From contig CAXXYE010000009.1 in the NCBI GenBank assembly GCA_963674865.2, positions 1,632,001 to 1,696,000 of the forward strand: DNA of 64,000 bases. The letters run 5' to 3'. Both the position numbers and the translations under genes were made by a program. The notes beneath the pieces were generated by a model. It did not search any database. It saw only the letters and a list, made by a program, of their open reading frames with translations, and was not told the DNA's origin. The stretch is from Candidatus Hydrogenedentota bacterium. Lineage in GTDB: Bacteria > Hydrogenedentota > Hydrogenedentia > Hydrogenedentales > SLHB01. Position 1 is the first letter of the stretch. Each line of letters opens with the position of its first letter. Positions 57,452 through 64,000 of this stretch are shown here, piece by piece.

Positions 57452-60400
57452 ATGGACAAGACACCGCCGAAGACTCAAGAACCTGATGTGCCCGCAGCCG
57501 TGATCGGAAAATTGGGCGAATCCTATTTCCCCATAGGCCTTCCCATCTCGCGGGGGGCGTGGAAGCGCTACCGCCTCGGGGAGATCTTCCTGCAGCCGGG
57601 CGAGGGGGGCGTCCGCTCCCACGTTGATGCGTGTCGCCGCGTGGCGGATGCCATGAATCGCCGGCGGAAGGCGGCCAGTAGGCGGGGCCGGGCGGTGCAT
57701 GCCGGGGACCTCTTGGCCGCGGATTTCGTCGAGGAAGCCCTTCGCTACCTCGCGGAAACCTATGTGCGCGCTCACCCGGATGTCCTGGAACGTGGCCTGG
57801 ACTGGGCCGGAAAGCAAGGGGGACAGGCGGCGGTGAACCGGGCTATCCATGCCTTCGTGGATTGCTTCCCTCCCCTCAAGGCTTGCGCACAGCCGAAGTC
57901 GCAGGACCTCTATCTCGATGGCGCCACGGAGGGCCAAGCCAATCGGCATATTGCCGTCAAGGAACTGTTCTTGCTCGATCTGGCAGCGAAAAACCGGGCT
58001 TTTCGTCCTTTTCGCGGCCTATTTGATGAAAAGGAGTTGAGCCGTCAGACGCATTACAAACGCGTCGTCCAGTATCTTGACGCGTTTCTCGGTTCCCAGC
58101 CGCCGCTTCCCCCATTGGGACTGCCCTTGTCTGAGGCGCTTCGGGCGCCGATGAAAGCTTCGCCGGACTCCTTGGCCGGCCAGCTGGATTACATCAGGCG
58201 GCATTGGGCCGGGGTGCTGCCCGAGGACCTCCTCCGCGAGTTGCAGCTTGCAGAGGACGTTATCCACGAGGAGCATGCCGTGCGCCTGCCGGGGCCGGGC
58301 CCTACGCAGGTTCTGGAGTTCGGGGTGGCGAAGGGCAGGCAAGCCGGCCATCCGGAGCCGGAGCAGTTCAGCGTGGATCTCGATTGGATGTCCAACGTCG
58401 TGTTGATGGCCAAGTCCGTCTACGTCTGGCTTGATCAATTGTCGAAGCGATACGAGCGGCGCATTGCCCGGCTCGACGAGGTCCCGGATGAAGAGCTGGA
58501 GCGCCTCGCGCGCTGGGGATTCACGGGCCTATGGCTTATCGGCGTCTGGGAGCGTTCGCCCGCGTCCAGGCAGATCAAGCAGCACATGGGCAACGCCGAG
58601 GCCGCCGCGTCGGCGTACTCGCTCTACGATTACGTCATCGCCGAGGATCTGGGGGGCGAGGCCGCGCTTGCCGACTTGCGGGCCCGGGCACGTCGATACG
58701 GCATCCTCTTGGCGAGCGATATGGTGCCGAACCACATGGGAATCTACTCGAAATGGGTGATCGAGCATCCGGACTGGTTCATACAATCAGGAGTGCCGCC
58801 GTTTCCGGTGTATCGGTTCACGGGGGCGGATCTATCGCCCGATGCACGAGTGAGTATCCGGATTGAGGGACGGCTATTGGGAACACCGAGACGCGGCCGT
58901 CGTTTTTCAGCGAGTCGATCGTGAAAACGGCGAAGTTAGGTACATCTTCCATGGCAATGACGGCACCAACATGCCATGGAATGACACCGCGCAACTCAAT
59001 TTCCTGAAGCCGGAAGTGCGGGAGGCAGTGATTCAGACTATCCTGCACGTGGCGCGGCAGTTTCCCATTATCCGGTTCGACGCGGCGATGACGCTTGCGA
59101 AGCGCCACTATCAGCGGCTCTGGTTTCCCAAGCCGGGCGAGGGCGGGGCGATTCCTTCCCGAGCGGAACACGTGATGACGGAAGAGGCCTTCGACGCGGC
59201 GATGCCCGCGGAGTTCTGGCGCGACGTGGTGGATCGGGTGGCCGCGGAGGCGCCCGATACACTCTTGCTGGCCGAGGCGTTCTGGCTGATGGAGGGATAT
59301 TTCGTCCGCACTCTCGGCATGCACCGCGTGTATAACAGCGCGTTCATGAACATGCTCAAGATGGAGGAGAACGCCAAGTACCGCCAGACGATCAAGAATG
59401 TGCTCGAGTTCAGCCCCGAGGTCCTGAAGCGCTTTGTCAATTTTATGAACAATCCGGACGAGGCCACGGCAGTCGAGCAGTTCGGCAGAGAAGACAAGTA
59501 CTTCGAAGTGGCCGTGCTGCTTGCCACGATGCCCGGACTGCCTATGTTCGGCCATGGCCAGATCGAGGGATTGGCCGAGAAATACGGCATGGAGTACACG
59601 CGCGCCTACTGGGACGAGGCCGTCGACGAAGGTATGGTGACTCGGCACGAGCGGGAGATCTTTCCGCTCATACAGCGACGCCGGCTCTTCAGTGGGGCGG
59701 AGCACTTCGCGCTCTACGATTTCGAGACGTCCGAAGGCCATGTGGACGAGAACGTCTTCGCCTACTCGAATCGGTGCGAGGGCGAACGCGCCCTGATTCT
59801 CTGCAATAACTCGTTGAACACGACGAGCGGCGTGGTAAGGCGTTCCGTGCCCGTCAACGTGGGCAGCGCCGAAAAGAAAGACCTCGTCCAGCGGACGCTG
59901 GTGGAGGCGCTCGACCTGAACACGGGGGCCGATGTCTACCACGTCTTTCGCGATCACCGCAATGGGCTCGAGTATCTCCGGCGGGGCGCTTCACTTGCGG
60001 AGGAGGGGCTCTTTGTGAGGTTGGAAGGATACGCCTACCACGCGTTCTTGGACTTCCGCGAGGTGCGGGACGAGGACGGGACTTGGGCGCGGTTGGCGGA
60101 TACGCTCGACGGCGGGGGCGTCCCGGATATGGAGGAAGCCCGCCGGGAGCGAGTAGTGCTGGCCCCCGTGCTCGAACCGTTCAAGGCAGTCATGAACGCG
60201 GGCCTGCTCACGGACTTGGCGTCCGGAGCAAAGGCCGCTCACGCCGCCTTTGAGGACGGGTTGCGGCGATTCTTGACGGCAGCGGCCGAGTTCAGCGGCG
60301 CGCGGGCCGATATCGAATCCCTCGTCAGCGAGGCCACAGGCCTGTTTGAGGCCATCTTGGAGCTTCCCGGATGGGCTGAGCGCGCACAGGTGCCCAAGCG

Positions 60401-60968
60401 AATCAAGGAGTACGTGCAGTCGGCCCTTCCCGCGGACGCGGCCGAACGGCCCGCCCTCTTTGCTGTGCCGCTGGCGTGGAGTATTGTGCGCGGGGCGGCG
60501 CGCCTCACCGAGGAAGGGGATAGCCGGGCGCAGGCCGCGTGCATCGCCGATTGGATGCTGGACAAGGCAACGGCGCGGGCATTCGCGGAGCTGGGCGCGG
60601 AGAGGCCATCAGCGTATCTGGATGCGCAATTGGTGACGCTCATGGCCGCGTACGAATCCCTGCTCGCTACCAGTGCGGGAGAGGAGCGTGCGGCGGCGCT
60701 AAAGGCGCTGTTCGAGGAGCCGGCGGGGCGGGCGTTCCTCGGCGTCAACCTTCACGAAGACGTGCTGTGGTTCAGGAAGGAGCAGATGGAACGACTAGTC
60801 TATTCGCTCTTCATCGCGGAGTTGGCCTCGCTCCTCGCCGACGAATCCATGGGCCGCACGGCACGGAACGAAGCCATCAGGACGCGCTTCGAGGCGGCCA
60901 ACGACATCCTCTCCGCCGCCGAAGCCGCGGGCTACCGCGTCGAGCGCACGCTCGACTTCATGGGGTGA
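57452..60968 (+). pseudogene. Large GH13 alpha-amylase family protein with a +1 frameshift at about 58868 (probably a sequencing error)
   Basis: DMVPNH before the break; RFDAAM, AEAFW, NNPDE after; removing one G from GAGGGAC gives IEDGYWEHRDAA. Confidence 0.85.
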
Positions 60969-61144
60969 ACTCCCGCGACGGCTGTGTTCTTCGGCACCTC
61001 TGGCCGCCAACCAATATGCACGATGCTACAGGCCAGTAGTGCCCCTCGTGGACAGGTTCGGCCGACTTCCGCCCGACGGCGTGTATAATGGAGCCAACGC
61101 GTTGGGGAATGGCCGTCCGTCGGCGGCAATCGGGAGGAACAGCA

Positions 61145-61729
61145 ATGCTCGATCAACGGTTTCAACTCACCGAGTACATGATCCGCAAGAAGATCTTCAA
61201 GATATTCGGTGAAGCCTTCCACATCTATGACACGGCCGGGAACATCGTGTTCTACTCCCGGCTGAAGGCCTTCAAGCTGAAGGAGGATATCCGCGTCTAT
61301 ACCGGCGAGGATATGGCGTGCGAGGCGTTGTCGATCCAGGCGCGGCAAGTCATCGATTTCAGCGCCGCGTACGACGTGGTCGATCCAAGCTCCGGCGAGA
61401 AGGTAGGCGCACTCAAGCGTCGCGGATTCAAATCGCTTATCCGAGACGAATGGGTGATCATGGACGCTTCCGATCGCGAGATCGGACTTGTCCAAGAGGA
61501 CAGCACGGCGCTGGCGCTGGTTCGCCGGTTCTTGAGCAATCTCATTCCGCAGTCCTTCACGGGGACGGTGGGAGGCGCGCAAGTGTTTGCCTTCAGGCGG
61601 CATTTCAATCCCTTCGTCTTGCGCATGGATATGGATTTCTCCCCTGACACCGAGGGATTGCTTGATCGCCGCCTCGGAATCGCCGCCGGTGTGCTGTTGA
61701 GCGCCATCGAGGGCCGTCAGGGGGACTGA
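61145..61729 (+). CDS. LURP-one/scramblase (tubby C-terminal-like) protein
   Basis: AFHIYD..G, KAFKLKEDI, IDFSAAYDV.D, GALKRRG; GGAGG RBS. Confidence 0.7.
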   Translation: MLDQRFQLTEYMIRKKIFKIFGEAFHIYDTAGNIVFYSRLKAFKLKEDIRVYTGEDMACEALSIQARQVIDFSAAYDVVDPSSGEKVGALKRRGFKSLIRDEWVIMDASDREIGLVQEDSTALALVRRFLSNLIPQSFTGTVGGAQVFAFRRHFNPFVLRMDMDFSPDTEGLLDRRLGIAAGVLLSAIEGRQGD

Positions 61730-61752
61730 CAGGCGCGGATAGGGCATGCTGG

Positions 61753-61818
61753 CGCAAGCAAAGGGACAGACACGTCTCGCTCGGAGACTCGCTCGCTTGC
61801 ATCAGTCCCTTTCTTGCG
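61753..61818. repeat. Palindromic intergenic repeat (second GGGACAGACACGTCT copy)
   Basis: CGCAAG..AAAGGGAC / GTCCCTTT.CTTGCG; similar to 24648-24709. Confidence 0.7.
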
Positions 61819-62020
61819 GCGCCTGCCGCAGAGTGCGTATGGCCGTGTGCTGGGCCTGTCCCTGTTTTTGGCCCTGCCTTTCCATGCCAGAGCAAGAAGC
61901 CATCAGCGTGAGTCATGCCACCAGCGGCCGGGCGTTTGTCCGTCCGCGCGAATCTTGGTAAAATCCCCGCACACCGCATCGGCCTTGTTGAATTCTCCAT
62001 TAACACACACGAGGTAAACC

Positions 62021-64000
62021 ATGGCTTTCGATATTGAGATGATTCGGAGCGTCTACGCGGGCATGGCGGCCCGGATAGGGGCGGCGCGGCAGCTCCTGGG
62101 CCGGCCGATGACTCTGGCCGAGAAGATCCTCTACGCCCATCTGGCCGAGTCGCTGCCCGAGGCGCCGTACGCGCCTGGCGAGTCTTACGTCAACTTCGCG
62201 CCCGATCGCGTGGCCATGCAGGACGCCACGGCGCAGATGGCGCTGCTTCAGTTCATGCAAGCCGGGAAGCCGCGGACGGCGGTGCCGTCAACGGTGCACT
62301 GCGATCACCTCATCATCGCGCGATCCGGGGCCGAGGCCGACCTCCCCGCCGCGCTGGATCTCAACCGCGAGGTTTACGAGTTCTTGGCGTCGGTGTCGAA
62401 CAAGTACGGCATCGGCTTCTGGAAGCCGGGGGCGGGCATCATCCACCAGGTTGTGCTCGAGAATTACGCGTTTCCGGGCGGGATGATGATCGGCACCGAT
62501 TCGCATACGCCGAACGCCGGCGGACTAGGCATGGTGGCCATCGGTGTGGGCGGCGCGGATGCCGTGGACGTGATGGCCGGGATGCCGTGGGAGTTGAAGT
62601 TCCCGAAGCTCATCGGCATCAAGCTGACGGGGCAGATGGGCGGGTGGACTTCGGCCAAGGATGTGATCCTCAAGGTGGCGGGCATCTTGACGGTGAAAGG
62701 CGGCACCGGCGCGATCGTCGAGTACTTCGGCGAAGGCGCTGACGCCCTCTCCTGTACGGGGAAGGGCACGATCTGCAATATGGGCGCCGAGATCGGCGCG
62801 ACGACCTCCCTTTTCGCCTACGGCGCGAAGATGGAAGAGTACCTGCGGAACACGGGGCGCGCAGACGTCGCCGACGCGGCCGGTGAGGTGGCGGAGTATC
62901 TTCGTGCGGATGACGAGGTCTATGCCGCTCCCGAGCAGTACTATGATCGCGTCATCGAAATCGACTTGGCCGCGCTTGAGCCGCACGTGAACGGGCCGTT
63001 CACCCCGGACGCGGCATGGCCCATCTCGGAGTTCGCGAAAGTTGTCGAGGAGCGGGGCTATCCGCGGAATCTCACGGCCGCCCTTATCGGATCGTGCACG
63101 AACTCGTCATACGAGGACCTCGACCGCGCCGCCGGCATCGCCCGGCAGGCCAAGGAGAAGAAGGTGAAAGCGCGGGCGTTCTTCACCGTAACGCCCGGCT
63201 CGGAGCAGGTGCGCTACACGGTCGAGCGGGACGGCCAGTTGCAGGCGTTCCAAGACGTGGGCGGGGTGGTCCTGGCCAACGCCTGCGGCCCCTGCATCGG
63301 CCAGTGGGATCGCCAGGACGTGGGCAAGGACGAGGCAAACTCGATTATCCACTCCTTCAACCGGAACTTCGCCAAACGCGCGGACGGCAATCCCAATACA
63401 CACGCCTTTGTGGCCTCGCCGGAACTGGTGACGGCCATGGCCTTCGCGGGCGACTTGGCGTTCAATCCTCTCAAGGACACGTTGACGAACGAGGACGGCG
63501 AGGAGGTCCGGCTCGATCCGCCGCGCGGTGTGGAACTGCCGCCGAAGGGATTCGACGTGGAAGATCCCGGCTATGTGGCGCCCGCTTCGGACGGCAGCGG
63601 GGTGGATGTGGCCGTCGCGCCGGACTCGAAGCGCCTCGAACTCCTGACGCCCTTTGAGTCCTGGGACGGCCGGGATTTCGAGGGCCTCAGACTGCTCTTG
63701 AAGGCCAAAGGCAAGTGTACGACGGACCACATCTCGATGGCCGGGCCGTGGCTGCGCTTCCGCGGCCACCTGGACAATATCTCGGATAACTGCTTCATCG
63801 GGGCCGTCAATGCCTTCAACGGCGAGACGAACAAGGTGAAGAGTCAGCTCACGGGCGATCACGGCGAAGTGCCCGAGGTTCAACGGGAGTACAAGGCGCG
63901 CGGCATTGGAACAGTAGTCGTGGGCGATGAGAACTACGGCGAAGGATCCTCGCGGGAGCACGCGGCCATGGAGCCGCGGCACCTGGGCGTCCGGGCCATT
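62021..64000 (+). CDS. acn: Aconitate hydratase (mitochondrial-like type), 3' truncated
   Basis: Absent from the ORF track (no stop in window); translation gives [68 protein letters not shown]. Confidence 0.95.
   Translation, partial: MAFDIEMIRSVYAGMAARIGAARQLLGRPMTLAEKILYAHLAESLPEAPYAPGESYVNFAPDRVAMQDATAQMALLQFMQAGKPRTAVPSTVHCDHLIIARSGAEADLPAALDLNREVYEFLASVSNKYGIGFWKPGAGIIHQVVLENYAFPGGMMIGTDSHTPNAGGLGMVAIGVGGADAVDVMAGMPWELKFPKLIGIKLTGQMGGWTSAKDVILKVAGILTVKGGTGAIVEYFGEGADALSCTGKGTICNMGAEIGATTSLFAYGAKMEEYLRNTGRADVADAAGEVAEYLRADDEVYAAPEQYYDRVIEIDLAALEPHVNGPFTPDAAWPISEFAKVVEERGYPRNLTAALIGSCTNSSYEDLDRAAGIARQAKEKKVKARAFFTVTPGSEQVRYTVERDGQLQAFQDVGGVVLANACGPCIGQWDRQDVGKDEANSIIHSFNRNFAKRADGNPNTHAFVASPELVTAMAFAGDLAFNPLKDTLTNEDGEEVRLDPPRGVELPPKGFDVEDPGYVAPASDGSGVDVAVAPDSKRLELLTPFESWDGRDFEGLRLLLKAKGKCTTDHISMAGPWLRFRGHLDNISDNCFIGAVNAFNGETNKVKSQLTGDHGEVPEVQREYKARGIGTVVVGDENYGEGSSREHAAMEPRHLGVRAI

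Overview
GC-rich bacterial chromosome segment with no rRNA, tRNA, CRISPR array or intact mobile element that I can see. The style of the DUF1559/H-X9-DG prepilin-like protein suggests Candidatus Hydrogenedentes or a PVC-like organism (inference only). Housekeeping and metabolic genes: dusB, araD, trpB2, cinA and aconitase. Surface genes: two class III signal-peptide (pilin-like) genes and a WecA/WbqC/GT39-type glycosylation group. Transport: a YtrA(GntR)-ABC operon with two paralogous permeases and a visible operator palindrome, plus a second ABC pair with a frameshifted ATPase. Carbohydrate catabolism: a pectate-lyase-fold protein, a BNR sialidase-like protein, GH95, a sulfatase and a frameshifted GH13. 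Three UroD/MtaA-family genes are also present. The main candidate for an undescribed system is a ~15 kb divergent nonulosonic-acid synthesis/modification locus (NeuB, GNAT, epimerase, DegT, Gfo, SpsF, two methyltransferases, AsnB, N-acetyl-sugar amidotransferase, GT-B+TPR transferase). Non-coding highlights are a REPIN-like element apparently holding an IS200/RAYT tnpA remnant, a dispersed GGGACA..GTCCC palindrome family and a 116-bp tandem duplication at a gene end. All functional calls come from motif recognition by eye, not database searches.
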